Source: Parcubacteria bacterium C7867-001
GTDB lineage: Bacteria; Patescibacteriota; Minisyncoccia; Phycocordibacterales; Phycocordibacteraceae
Assembly (NCBI GenBank): GCA_001189095.1
Contig: LFCK01000001.1
Span: 84,485-148,484, forward strand
Direction: 5' to 3'
Length of the DNA stretch: 64,000 bases
Each line of letters starts with the position of its first letter. Within the stretch, counting starts at the first letter, position 1. Under the pieces are notes generated by a model that searched no databases, was not told where the DNA came from, and saw only the letters and a program-made list of their open reading frames with translations. A program made the position numbers and the translations under genes. This document shows, piece after piece, positions 42,868 through 52,591 of the stretch.

Positions 42868-43444
42868 CTATGACATTACTGAATGATTCATAATTGAAAT
42901 CCCACAAGTGCGTGAGCAGGTCCTCGCGGTTGATGACCTCGTTCGGATGCCGCATGAAGTGCTCAAGCAGCATGAACTCTTTAAGGGTCAGCGAGATTTC
43001 CGTGCCACCCTTGGTTACTTCGTGGGTGGTCGGATTAAGCTCCATGTCGTCCACGGTCAGTATATCAACGAGTACGCCTGTTGGGCGGCGCAGAAGCGCT
43101 TGGATACGGGCGACAAGTTCGTCGAAGGAGAACGGCTTCACCATATAGTCGTCGGCGCCGCTGCGTAGCAACCTCACCTTGTTTTCGGTTTCGTTGCGCG
43201 CGGTCAGTACGAGCACGGGGGTCATGATGCCGCGCTTTCGCATCTCCTCGCATATTTCGAATCCGGAAAGCGTAGGGAGCATAAGATCGAGCAAGATGAG
43301 ATCGTAATCCTTCCGATGGACCGACACACGCGTAAGGGCTTTTTCGCCGTCATCGATCGTGTCGACGGCGTACCCGTGCTTCTCGAGGCCCTTTTTTATG
43401 CCCTCAGCGAGCTTCTGTTCGTCTTCGACAACAAGTAGTCTCAT
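42770..43444 (-). CDS. OmpR-family response regulator
   Basis: REC domain (DLILLDLMLP) plus winged-helix trans_reg_C. Confidence 0.85.
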   Translation of the reverse strand: MRLLVVEDEQKLAEGIKKGLEKHGYAVDTIDDGEKALTRVSVHRKDYDLILLDLMLPTLSGFEICEEMRKRGIMTPVLVLTARNETENKVRLLRSGADDYMVKPFSFDELVARIQALLRRPTGVLVDILTVDDMELNPTTHEVTKGGTEISLTLKEFMLLEHFMRHPNEVINREDLLTHLWDFNYESFSNVIDVHVKNLRRKLADAGAPGILETVRGIGYRLRT

Positions 43445-43639
43445 GTCAGGGTGTTTAGGTTCATAAGGTGCAGGAATGGCGTATTTCCTGCACGATTCAG
43501 TAAATCATGTCCTCGGTGAAGCCTTCATGAAGGTATATATGAAGACGTTCGGCAGAGCTTCGTCTTGCAGGCCACAAACCGCAACGGCCGTCCTCACGAA
43601 GGATGGCCGCTGCGGTACGAGTGTCCTGTGCACTATAGA

Positions 43640-43819
43640 CTACTCCTCTGTTGGATAAGAGGTCGTCACACGGTCTTCCATGGGGTCGAATTCGTCCACC
43701 ATGTCCCCCTCCGTTCCGTCTGACTCCTTCTTCTCGTCGTCCTTGTCCTCCTTAGGTGCCTCACGGGGTTCGTCGTCGAGAAGCTCGTCTTCCGGCGCGC
43801 GGCGTGTGCGTTTATTCAT
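43640..43819 (-). CDS. Small acidic protein (59 aa), hypothetical
   Basis: Unlisted ORF MNKRTRRAPEDELLDDEPREAPKEDKDDEKKESDGTEGDMVDEFDPMEDRVTTSYPTEE; sits at the 3' end of the pilus operon. Confidence 0.25.
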   Translation of the reverse strand: MNKRTRRAPEDELLDDEPREAPKEDKDDEKKESDGTEGDMVDEFDPMEDRVTTSYPTEE

Positions 43820-43931
43820 AGACGTGCGCGGTTAGTGGTAATGAGAATAGGAAACCATCTAGCGCGCGAAGTTTTGGTGAAGGAAAAGTAAAACGGCCCG
43901 CGAAGCGGGCCGTTTTACGAAGGATACGCGT

Positions 43932-44381
43932 TTAGCGAGTGACCGAAATGATTGCTGTTGCTGGGGGAAGCTGAGTGTCTGGAGCTGCTACCGTAACGCG
44001 GCCGTTGCTTTCAAGCAAGACGGTGTATTGCGTATCAGCTGCCGAGCCGGTTGTTGGGTCGGTCGGGATAGCTGTTACGTACGTTGGTGTAAGGCAGGAG
44101 AGATTGATGTTCGAGCCGCCGGTACCAATGTTGGTTGCAGACGACGGAAGAGTGACCAAGCCGCAAGTGAAGACACCCTTGTTGTCCGCCATGTTCTGGC
44201 CGATAGCATTAAGGATGGTGTTTACATGCGAAGTACGGGTCGTGTTGTTTGCCTGAGCGAACTGACGAGCCGGATTAATCGCCACGATGACGATCGTCGC
44301 GAGAATCGCGATAATACCGATAACGACGAGGATCTCGATGAGCGTGAAGCCGCGTGTTCCGGTTGAAGCGGAAGTTGACAT
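43932..44381 (-). CDS. Type IV pilin-like protein (prepilin)
   Basis: MSTSASTGTRG/FTLIEILVVIGIIAILA class III signal peptide and hydrophobic helix. Confidence 0.8.
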   Translation of the reverse strand: MSTSASTGTRGFTLIEILVVIGIIAILATIVIVAINPARQFAQANNTTRTSHVNTILNAIGQNMADNKGVFTCGLVTLPSSATNIGTGGSNINLSCLTPTYVTAIPTDPTTGSAADTQYTVLLESNGRVTVAAPDTQLPPATAIISVTR

Positions 44382-44485
44382 ATTAAGTAAGTATTTTGAA
44401 GTGGGAACGATTGCTAAGGTATCCTTCCAGGGATAGGTTGCCGGTATTGTGGACTTTTTCTCCGAAGAGTCAAGGTCGTCGTGGA

Positions 44486-47133
44486 CTACGGGACTTCGGT
44501 CCACGAACCAATCGAGATTGAAGGAGGAGGGGGCGGAGGAGGCGGCGCAGGAGGGGTGGCTGGTGTGCTCCACTCGTCGTTATCGCTTGAGCTGTAGGAA
44601 GCGCCGTTACTTGCATCGCCATCGGTGTGGCAGCCGGCGTCTTCGGCGTCGATGAGGCCATCGCCATCGTCATCAACCGTGTTTGCGCAGGCTGCTGCAG
44701 CGGCTGGGCAGATTTGTGTACCAATTGATTGGAAGATACCGCTCATAGCGCTTGAAGCTGGTGCGATGAAGAGGTTGGTGTGGGTCACGCTACCTCCTCC
44801 TGAGCTGCCGTTTGAGCCGCTCTGGGAATAGGTGAAGGTGACGGGTGTCGGTGTCGAGACGACACGGAAGGTTCCGTTGTAAGCGGCGTTCGTGACGCCA
44901 CTTATGACGATACGCTCATTCACTACGACGCGATGCGGAATGCTGGTCGTTACCGTCACGGTATTGCTTGCACGCGAGATTGAGGTGATGGATATTGCAG
45001 GGAGCGTACTCGGGCTCGAAAGCGATTGCAGGAAGTTTTGGCCGCTCGCATCGCCGAAGTGGATGCTGAAGATGTTGACGCCGTTCGCTCGTGCGTTTGT
45101 TGCAGCGGTTGAGGCAAAGGTCGAAGGGTCGGTCGGGACTGTGTAGGAAACGCGGGCGTTCACGTTGTCGAGTGCGCAGGTCGGTCCTGACGTAAGTTCG
45201 TGCACGCGGACGCGGAAGTTCGCATCGGTAAAGTCGGACGGAGTGAAAGTACGCCCGCTCCATGGGTTGTCGAAGGTGGTCGAAGCCATCGAGGTCGAAA
45301 GTGTAGCGGTTTGTTCGCTCGTCCAGCTGCTGCCGCCATTCCACGAAACTGCAGTACCGAGCTGGCAGGAGCCGCTTTGCTGATACGTCACGCGGACGCG
45401 GATATGATCGAGGCTTACCGTGCTTCCGCTGCAGTTTCCTCCCGAAGCATCATCGAAGGAAACCTTCGCGACGAAGTTAGTATTCGTGAATTCGCTCGCG
45501 GACCATGTGTGTCCCCACGTGTCGCTTGCGGAACCGAGGGTATAGGTCGTATCGGATCCTGAGAGGTTAGTGGTCTTAGTGCTGGTGTTACTCGAGCCGT
45601 TATTCCACGAGAGGCGGGTTTGGAGCTGGCAACCGTTTGTATCGGATGATTTCGCACGCGCTTCGACCTCGATGCCGAGAATGGTCGCACCGCTTGGAAT
45701 GGTCGGTAGATTGAAGGACCCGTAGCCCTGTTCGTCGTTTTCGTTCGTTTCGGTTGCGTAGCTACCATTTTGGAACGTGAACGCATTCGTTGCGTTCGAC
45801 CAGTTGTTTGGTGATTTTGTCGCAGACGGGAGAAGGAATCCGGTGTTCGCTACGATTGCAGGCGAGGAAGAGGCACGCGTTTGCACTTCGACGTTTGTGA
45901 TAGTCGCGTTCGATGGAATGCTACCGAAGCCGAAGGTAAAGTATTGGTGCGTATGAGCTCCGCTATCGCTGACGACTCCTGCGCCATAGGCGCCGGCAGG
46001 ATTCGTCCACGCGTTCCCTGAGCTTCCTGCTGCGTTTGCCGACGGAGCTCGCCAACCGCTGTTGAGTGGACTCGAGCCTGACGGTTCGTTCGGGAGACCG
46101 TCCGACACAAAGATGAGCACCTTGCTCTTCGCGCTGTCATGGCGCGCGCTCGCGAGTTCCGTATCAGCGACGTTAACTGCGGCACCAAGATTACTTCCCA
46201 CGCTGCTGTTGCTACCGGTTATAGAGGTGAGGGTTGAAGAAAGGGTGCTGTAGAAGTTCGAAAGCTGCCCATTCGTCGGGATGGAGGCGGGGCTACCGTC
46301 AAGACCGCCGAAGCTTCCGACTGCAATCTTCGGGAGTGCAGCGACACCTGCGTAGAGATTGATGAGGGCGTTACCAGCTGAGCGTTCATTATTAAGATCC
46401 GTGCCTGACATACTGCCGGTTCGGTCGAAGACCATTGCGGTATCCGCGCAGGAGGGTGCGGGCGGCGGCGCGGTAACGGTGACTGTTGCGCTGCAGGTGT
46501 TTGAACCGCCGGCATTAGTGGCGGTCATAGTAAAGGTTACGGTGCCGGGGCTTACGCCCGGATTAAAGGTGTAGGAACCGCTCGAAAGCGGAGAAATTGA
46601 GCCCACGCCATGGTCGATGCTTGCGCTCGTTGCGCCGCCGGAAGTGCTCCAGAGGAGGGTGAGGTTCTGGCCAAAAGGTAGGGAGGTTGGGGAAGCGATG
46701 AGTGCGCAGTTTGGTGGTGGGGTAACGGCTGCCACTGCAGGGTCCTGGGCAGTCGCAGAGACGGAAAGCGTGCTCCATGCGCCGCGGAATCCAGCCTTGG
46801 TTGTGATGGTGTAGGTTCGTTTGCCGTTTACTGCCATTGGGGTCACGGTCGGGCCCAGAATGGCGCAGGACGTCGCTGAGCCGTATGCGGTGCCGAGCGT
46901 AACGGTCTCGCCGCCTACGGGTGCCACGTAGTTGTAATCGACGCCTATTTTCGAGAGCGCAGAATGCACGCACGCTTCTGCAAGCCCGAGCGAGATGCGT
47001 TTGTACTCGCTGTTGAGCACATCGAAGCGCGAGAAGAAGGTGGTGTTCGCAAGCGTAGTCGCAAGACCGAGCAGAATCGTCGAAATGACGACAGCTGAGA
47101 TGAGTGCGATAAATCCTCGGGGTTTAGTAGTCA
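44486..47133 (-). CDS. Giant pilin-like protein (882 aa) with vWA/MIDAS domain, reiterated ~100-aa module and C-terminal Ca-binding-like plus polyproline tail
   Basis: N-terminus MTTKPRG/FIALISAVVISTILL; MIDAS motif DRTGSMSG...LIFVSDGLPN; repeated IPSGATILGIEVEARAKSS...W...VTY module; DDDGDGLIDAEDAGC; PPAPPPPPPPP. Confidence 0.65.
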
Positions 47134-47135
47134 TA

Positions 47136-47633
47136 TTATTTTCGTAGATAGACGGTGGTGGTCGCCTGACGCATGACAAGCGAACCGGTTGGCGTGCGTG
47201 CGGAAAGCGTTACCGATGCCTCGACCGACTCAGGTGTGATGCCGTCTCCTGATCCTTCCGTATGCGTGACGGTGAAGGCCGTCACAAAAACGTTCGTATT
47301 GTTAAGCACAGCAGGCGATCCGCCACCCTTCGAGAGGGTAAGGTTCGTGCCGTTCTGGGCGACGACGACGGGATTTCCGATGCTCGTATCCCACTTGGCG
47401 ACCGTGAGCGCGCTGCCGGTCGTACCGACGCCGGGTGCCGTTACTGCCTGCGCGCCCGAAAGGGCCCAGTTCACTTTCGCGATGAGGAAATCAGTTTCTT
47501 CTTGCAGCATGACGCGCGTGCCACCGCGTTCCGCCGCCTCAAAAAGGTTGTATGCACCAACAACCGCTCCTCCAATAAGGATGGTGAAGAGTGCGATATA
47601 GACGAGCGTTTCAAGAAGAGTGAAGCCTTTCAT
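47136..47633 (-). CDS. Pseudopilin / type IV pilin-like protein
   Basis: MKG/FTLLETLVYIALFTILIG prepilin motif. Confidence 0.8.
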   Translation of the reverse strand: MKGFTLLETLVYIALFTILIGGAVVGAYNLFEAAERGGTRVMLQEETDFLIAKVNWALSGAQAVTAPGVGTTGSALTVAKWDTSIGNPVVVAQNGTNLTLSKGGGSPAVLNNTNVFVTAFTVTHTEGSGDGITPESVEASVTLSARTPTGSLVMRQATTTVYLRK

Positions 47634-47634
47634 A

Positions 47635-49623
47635 CTATGGTGCGGTGATGATGGAAATCGAACCCTTGTTCGCATTCCCGCCTGTGGTAGGAACAGAAGC
47701 AGCAAAGAGATAGTTATCCTCGCAATCAAGTGCGGTACCAGCGGCAGATGATGGAAGGGTGACAGCGGCACCTGGATTCATTGACCCGTTTGCCGCGATG
47801 CTTGCAATCTGCACTTTTCCACTTGCGCCCGTTGTGTTGCCGGTGAGAAGAAACGCGAGGGATCCACGAATAATCGTGTCGTACACACCGATGGTGTTCC
47901 CGCTCGTGCCGATGTCATAGCTGCTTGTAAGTGTTGGGGTGGCGTTCGTTACGTCGAGTGTGAGTGACTCGGCGGCGTTGTTGAGACTGTAATAGCGACC
48001 GAGATAGAGCGTATTGCCGACCGTGTAGAGACTTTTTCCTTGGCCGCCCGTTGAACCTGCTGCGTCATACACACCACGAAGCGTGGGGTGGGCAAGATCC
48101 TCAAGATCAAGAGCGATGAGTTCGCGATTCGTGTCGTCGGTTGCAAGATAGGCACGTGCGCTGCGCACGTAGATTGCGTTTATGCCCGCGCCAACCTCGT
48201 AGGTGCCAAGAGGAGTTGCAGGAATAGAGAGCGGGTTATGGACGTCGATGACGTAAAATTCCGGTCCAGAAGGATTATTTGCGAGTCCAAGGAAGACATA
48301 GCCATCTTTATAGAAAATAGAGCGCGCGACCACGCTTCCGCTCGGAACGCTCCACGTGCTCGTTGCAAGCGGGATGGTCGGCGTGACGTCTATGGCTTGG
48401 AGCTGTTTTGTCGTCGAGTTGGTCGCGACGAAAGCGAAATTGCCTGAGTTCGTCGTGGTCGCCACCGCGACCGCGTTAATGCCGGCATTTACGGAGTTGT
48501 TTGCAAGGCCTCCTCGCAGAGTTGGCACGCTGTGGTTGCTGACATTCAGCACATAGAATTGGTTGATGTAGGTCACCGTAATTTTCACATTGTCGACCGA
48601 TGCCGTGCGGCTTCCAAAACCCGACCCTGAGGTAGCCGAAAGCACGACGCCGAAGGCTGAATTGTTTATGTCACTCGCGGAGAGATAGTTTTCGCCCCAC
48701 AGATCACTCGTGTTGCCGTAGTTTGCGGTTCCGTCCGAAGTGGGCCAGCTGCTGCTCGTATTTGCTCGGTTTGCGCTGCTCAAGCTTCCGTCTGGCTTCA
48801 CGAGACGAACAACCGAATCGCGCACGGTATTCGTGCTACTCGAGCCCTTGCGTTCAATGTCCACCTGCACGCCGAGAATGGTAGCTCCCTGCGGTATCGA
48901 AAAGCCGAAGTTGGTCGCTTTAAGATAGCGAGTGGTTTGGCTCGATGAGAGAGAAGCGGTTGTGTAGTTGTTGTCGCTTGAAAGCGCGTTGCTTGGATTG
49001 TTCCATGATACGGTGCCGCCCGCGCTGTCGGACACACTGGTTCCTGTGTTGCGCGCTGCTGGTGTGACAGATGGCGTATTCACTGCAACATAGAGACGTT
49101 GCTGGTGTGCATCGACGTCGGTGATCGGATACAGTCCCGAACTGTCGCCGAGGATGTCGGCACCAAGAAGCGCTTTGGTCGGGTTCACAACGAACGGGAA
49201 TGACCAGTTGCCGGTGACGATGGAATCGCAGGTATCGCCGCCGATGATGTTTGAGAAGTTACTCACCACGGTCTGAAGCTCGACTTTCTGGCCGCGTCCG
49301 TACATGCCGCCCCACGCGACCAGTGCGGTCACGTGCTTGGTATAAAAATTCACCGAATCTACCGTGATGGTTTTCGTGTAGAGTGTGCCACCGATGGTTT
49401 CCGTGCTGGTGGTCGCAAGCACGAGACGAAAGTCTTTGCGCGAGAGCGCTTGTTCGTTTTCGATCATCTTGCCGGCGACGCCGAGCGCTTCCGCATTCAT
49501 CTCGGTGTCGACCGCGCCCGATTGGATGCCGGGGAAGAGCATGAGCACTGCCGAAAGTGAGAGGATGAGCACGGTCATCGCAATGAGCATTTCGAGCGTT
49601 GAGAATCCGCGGAGGTTTTTCAT
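47635..49623 (-). CDS. Giant pilin-like protein (662 aa) with one copy of the repeat module and a C-terminal LVIVD-like beta-propeller region
   Basis: MKNLRG/FSTLEMLIAMTVLIL; module SIPQGATILGVQVDIERKGSS...VDNVKITVTY; repeated G..Y/L...A/L..D patterns in the last ~300 aa. Confidence 0.65.
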   Translation of the reverse strand: MKNLRGFSTLEMLIAMTVLILSLSAVLMLFPGIQSGAVDTEMNAEALGVAGKMIENEQALSRKDFRLVLATTSTETIGGTLYTKTITVDSVNFYTKHVTALVAWGGMYGRGQKVELQTVVSNFSNIIGGDTCDSIVTGNWSFPFVVNPTKALLGADILGDSSGLYPITDVDAHQQRLYVAVNTPSVTPAARNTGTSVSDSAGGTVSWNNPSNALSSDNNYTTASLSSSQTTRYLKATNFGFSIPQGATILGVQVDIERKGSSSTNTVRDSVVRLVKPDGSLSSANRANTSSSWPTSDGTANYGNTSDLWGENYLSASDINNSAFGVVLSATSGSGFGSRTASVDNVKITVTYINQFYVLNVSNHSVPTLRGGLANNSVNAGINAVAVATTTNSGNFAFVATNSTTKQLQAIDVTPTIPLATSTWSVPSGSVVARSIFYKDGYVFLGLANNPSGPEFYVIDVHNPLSIPATPLGTYEVGAGINAIYVRSARAYLATDDTNRELIALDLEDLAHPTLRGVYDAAGSTGGQGKSLYTVGNTLYLGRYYSLNNAAESLTLDVTNATPTLTSSYDIGTSGNTIGVYDTIIRGSLAFLLTGNTTGASGKVQIASIAANGSMNPGAAVTLPSSAAGTALDCEDNYLFAASVPTTGGNANKGSISIITAP

Positions 49624-49624
49624 A

Positions 49625-50128
49625 TTAGTTGGTCCACCAGATGCGGCCTTCCGACTCGACCGTAATCACTGAGGTGTGTCCGCCTTGATCGATGACGGTA
49701 AGCGTCGTCGCTCCTGCTGGATTTGGAACCGTATTCCCCGAAAGTTCGAAGAACGTCATGCTTGAGAATCCGCTCACCGAAGCGGCTGCGTTTTTTGCCT
49801 CGATGATTTCATCGACGGCAGTGTCGCGTGTGGCGTAGGTCGCGCCCTGATAGATTACGTACTTGCCGGTGAGGCCGAAATAGACGCCGTGCGGCTTTCC
49901 GTCGGTGCAACCGGTGCCGAAGCACATATTGTTGATGGCTTGGCTGCGTGCTTTCTGGAGTGTGCTCACGATAATGTCGCGTTCGTTGCGAAAGGTGAAT
50001 CCGCGGAAATCATCGAAATTAACAAACAGGCCGAATGCGCCCACGATCGTGACGAGGCCAAGTACGACGATTATTTCGAGCAGGGAGAACCCGCGCGGAC
50101 TATGGATGGAGATTCTGGGTGATTCCAT
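49625..50128 (-). CDS. Pseudopilin / type IV pilin-like protein
   Basis: MESPRISIHSPRG/FSLLEIIVVLGLV. Confidence 0.75.
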   Translation of the reverse strand: MESPRISIHSPRGFSLLEIIVVLGLVTIVGAFGLFVNFDDFRGFTFRNERDIIVSTLQKARSQAINNMCFGTGCTDGKPHGVYFGLTGKYVIYQGATYATRDTAVDEIIEAKNAAASVSGFSSMTFFELSGNTVPNPAGATTLTVIDQGGHTSVITVESEGRIWWTN

Positions 50129-51236
50129 AAATTGGAGTGATGATGGCGACCGCAATGAAGCCAACGACAAGGCCCATCATCACCATGAGTGCTGGCTCGA
50201 TGAGGCTCGAGAGATTCTTCGAGAATTCCTCGACTTCGGACTCGTACAGCTCCGAAAGATAGATGAGTGTGTTGGAGAGACTGCCCGAACGTTCACCGAC
50301 TGAAATCATCTGGGAGAGCACCGGCGGGAAGAGGAATGAGTTCAAGAAGAACGATTTGGAGAGCTGTTCGCCGCGTATGATGGCTTCGCCTGCTTTACGG
50401 TATTCCGCCTTATACACCAGGTTTTGCGTCGTGTCCGCAGTAAGTGGAAGTGCTTCAGCAAGCGTCATACCGCTTTTTATAAGGAGGCCGAGGGTACGCG
50501 TTGCGTTTGCAAGGTTGTAGGAACGAAGCATTTCGCCGAAGAGCGGCATACCGAGCATCCAACCGTCGAGCAGGTAGCGGAAGCGCTGGCTCTTGCTGCG
50601 CACCACGATGATAGTGATGAGTATCGCGATGAGCGCGAGCATCGTCCAAAGACCCCACGCCTGGAGGAAGGTCGAAACCGCAATCACAATTTTTGTTGTG
50701 AGCGGGAGTTCCATATGGAGCGACGCGAAGATCGGCATGATCTTCGGGAAGAGGTAGAGCATGAGGAAGCCCGTGATGCCGATGGTCGCAAGCGTAATAA
50801 CGATTGGATAGACGAGCGCGCCGATTATTTTCTGTTTGAGCGAATGGCGCTTCTTCAGTTCGTCGGCAAGATAGTTGAGGTTTTCCGAAAGGGTTCCTGA
50901 GGACTCACCTATGCGAACAATATTCACCGCATAGTCGCCGAACACCGAATCGAACTTGCTGAAGCTGCGCGCGAGCGAGGAACCGTTCGAGATGTCCGCG
51001 ATAACGCTCGTGAGCACACGCGCGTGGCGACGCGAGAGTGTTTGCTCGGCAATCATGGAAAGACTCTCAAGGAGTGGAACACCGGCACTTGCGAGGAAGG
51101 AGAGGCGCTTCATGAGGAACATCTGTTCCTTTACGGAAAGGCGTGGTGTGGTCTGTCGCTCGTACGTTGCATACCACGTTCCCATGCGCGTCTGCGCATT
51201 CTGGGTGAAGCGAGAAATGTGGCGCATGCTATTCAT
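50100..51236 (-). CDS. pilC: Type IV pilus / T2SS platform protein PilC/GspF
   Basis: Two T2SSF repeats, three TM helices; start ATGAATAG overlaps the pilB stop. Confidence 0.8.
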   Translation of the reverse strand: MNSMRHISRFTQNAQTRMGTWYATYERQTTPRLSVKEQMFLMKRLSFLASAGVPLLESLSMIAEQTLSRRHARVLTSVIADISNGSSLARSFSKFDSVFGDYAVNIVRIGESSGTLSENLNYLADELKKRHSLKQKIIGALVYPIVITLATIGITGFLMLYLFPKIMPIFASLHMELPLTTKIVIAVSTFLQAWGLWTMLALIAILITIIVVRSKSQRFRYLLDGWMLGMPLFGEMLRSYNLANATRTLGLLIKSGMTLAEALPLTADTTQNLVYKAEYRKAGEAIIRGEQLSKSFFLNSFLFPPVLSQMISVGERSGSLSNTLIYLSELYESEVEEFSKNLSSLIEPALMVMMGLVVGFIAVAIITPIYGITQNLHP

Positions 51237-52485
51237 GGACAACGCGAAGGACTTCTTCGATGGTCGTATCGCCGGCGCGGACCTTTTCCATACCGTCCTC
51301 AAGCATGGTGGTCATACCTTCTTTGATAGCGGTCTGGCGTATCGCTTCAGCAGAAGCTTTGGTAAGAATGAGCTCGCGCAGCGCCGGGGTTGCCACGAGC
51401 ACTTCGTTAATGGAAAGACGTCCGCGATAACCAGATTCATTGCAGTTCGCGCACCCTTTGCCGCGATAGATGGTTTCGCCTTTCGCAAAGGGTTTTTCGA
51501 CCGAGAGCTGTGAAAGACGCGCAAACTCTGCGTCGGTAAGCGTGTGCTTTTCCTTGCACATGTCACAGATCTTGCGCACGAGACGTTGGCCAATGGCGAT
51601 ATTCATCGTTGACGCGACGAGATACGGATCAATGCCCATGTCGGAAAGGCGTGGAAGGGTCGTTGTTGCGTCGTTGGTGTGAAGCGTTGAGAAGAGTAGG
51701 TGGCCAGTGAGTGCAGCGTTCACCGCGATGGTGGCTGTTTCGCCGTCACGGATTTCGCCAACCATGATGATGTCTGGATCCTGACGGAGAATGGAGCGGA
51801 GTCCGGTCGCAAACGTAAGGCCGCTGCGGGTATTCACCTGAATCTGCTCGATCGAATCGACGGAATATTCGATCGGGTCTTCAATGGTAACAATGGCGAC
51901 CTCCGGCGCACTCAGCATCTTGATGAGCGTATAGAGCGTGGTGGTTTTTCCTGAGCCAGTAGGGCCCGTCGAAAGAATCATGCCGCTCGTCTTGTGGATG
52001 GCCGTTTCGATCTTCTTACAGTCGCTTTCACTAAAACCAAGCATGGCAAGGGAATAGTTTTCGCTGTGATCTGCGAGGATACGGAGCACACAGTTTTCGC
52101 CGTGGTAGGTCGGCGCGATAGAGACACGTATGTCGATAAAGCGTCCGTCGGAGAGTGCTTGGCGGAAGCGTCCGTCTTGTGGCGTGTGGTGTTCGTCGGT
52201 GCGCAGCTGAGAGACAACCTTGATGCGGGAAATGACCTCCTGATGGATGCTTTTCGGGAACGACTCGATGTCCTGTAAGACGCCGTCGACGCGGAAGCGG
52301 ATACGGACGGATTCGCGGGCCGGATCGATATGGATATCGGACGCATTCATCAGATGCGCTCGTTCGAGGAGCGTTTCGAGGACGCGGATGATGGAGATAT
52401 CGTTACCCTTCGCAAGCTCGCTGGCGAGGCTTGCTTTGAGTTCGGAACCTACCACCCCACCTGGAACTGGGGACGGTGATTGCAT
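51229..52485 (-). CDS. pilB: Type IV pilus assembly ATPase PilB/GspE
   Basis: Walker A GPTGSGKTTT, Asp box, His box, and tetracysteine CDMCKEKH...CANC. Start chosen at MQSPSPV; the track's longer N-terminus looks spurious. Confidence 0.85.
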   Translation of the reverse strand: MQSPSPVPGGVVGSELKASLASELAKGNDISIIRVLETLLERAHLMNASDIHIDPARESVRIRFRVDGVLQDIESFPKSIHQEVISRIKVVSQLRTDEHHTPQDGRFRQALSDGRFIDIRVSIAPTYHGENCVLRILADHSENYSLAMLGFSESDCKKIETAIHKTSGMILSTGPTGSGKTTTLYTLIKMLSAPEVAIVTIEDPIEYSVDSIEQIQVNTRSGLTFATGLRSILRQDPDIIMVGEIRDGETATIAVNAALTGHLLFSTLHTNDATTTLPRLSDMGIDPYLVASTMNIAIGQRLVRKICDMCKEKHTLTDAEFARLSQLSVEKPFAKGETIYRGKGCANCNESGYRGRLSINEVLVATPALRELILTKASAEAIRQTAIKEGMTTMLEDGMEKVRAGDTTIEEVLRVVHE

Positions 52486-52591
52486 ATAAGGACGCTCGTA
52501 GTATACGAATCGGCGGACTTTTGTCGAGTGATTTGACAAAGCGTCAATATGTCCGTGATTTCCCAATGTATGAGCTGCTAAACTATGAACC

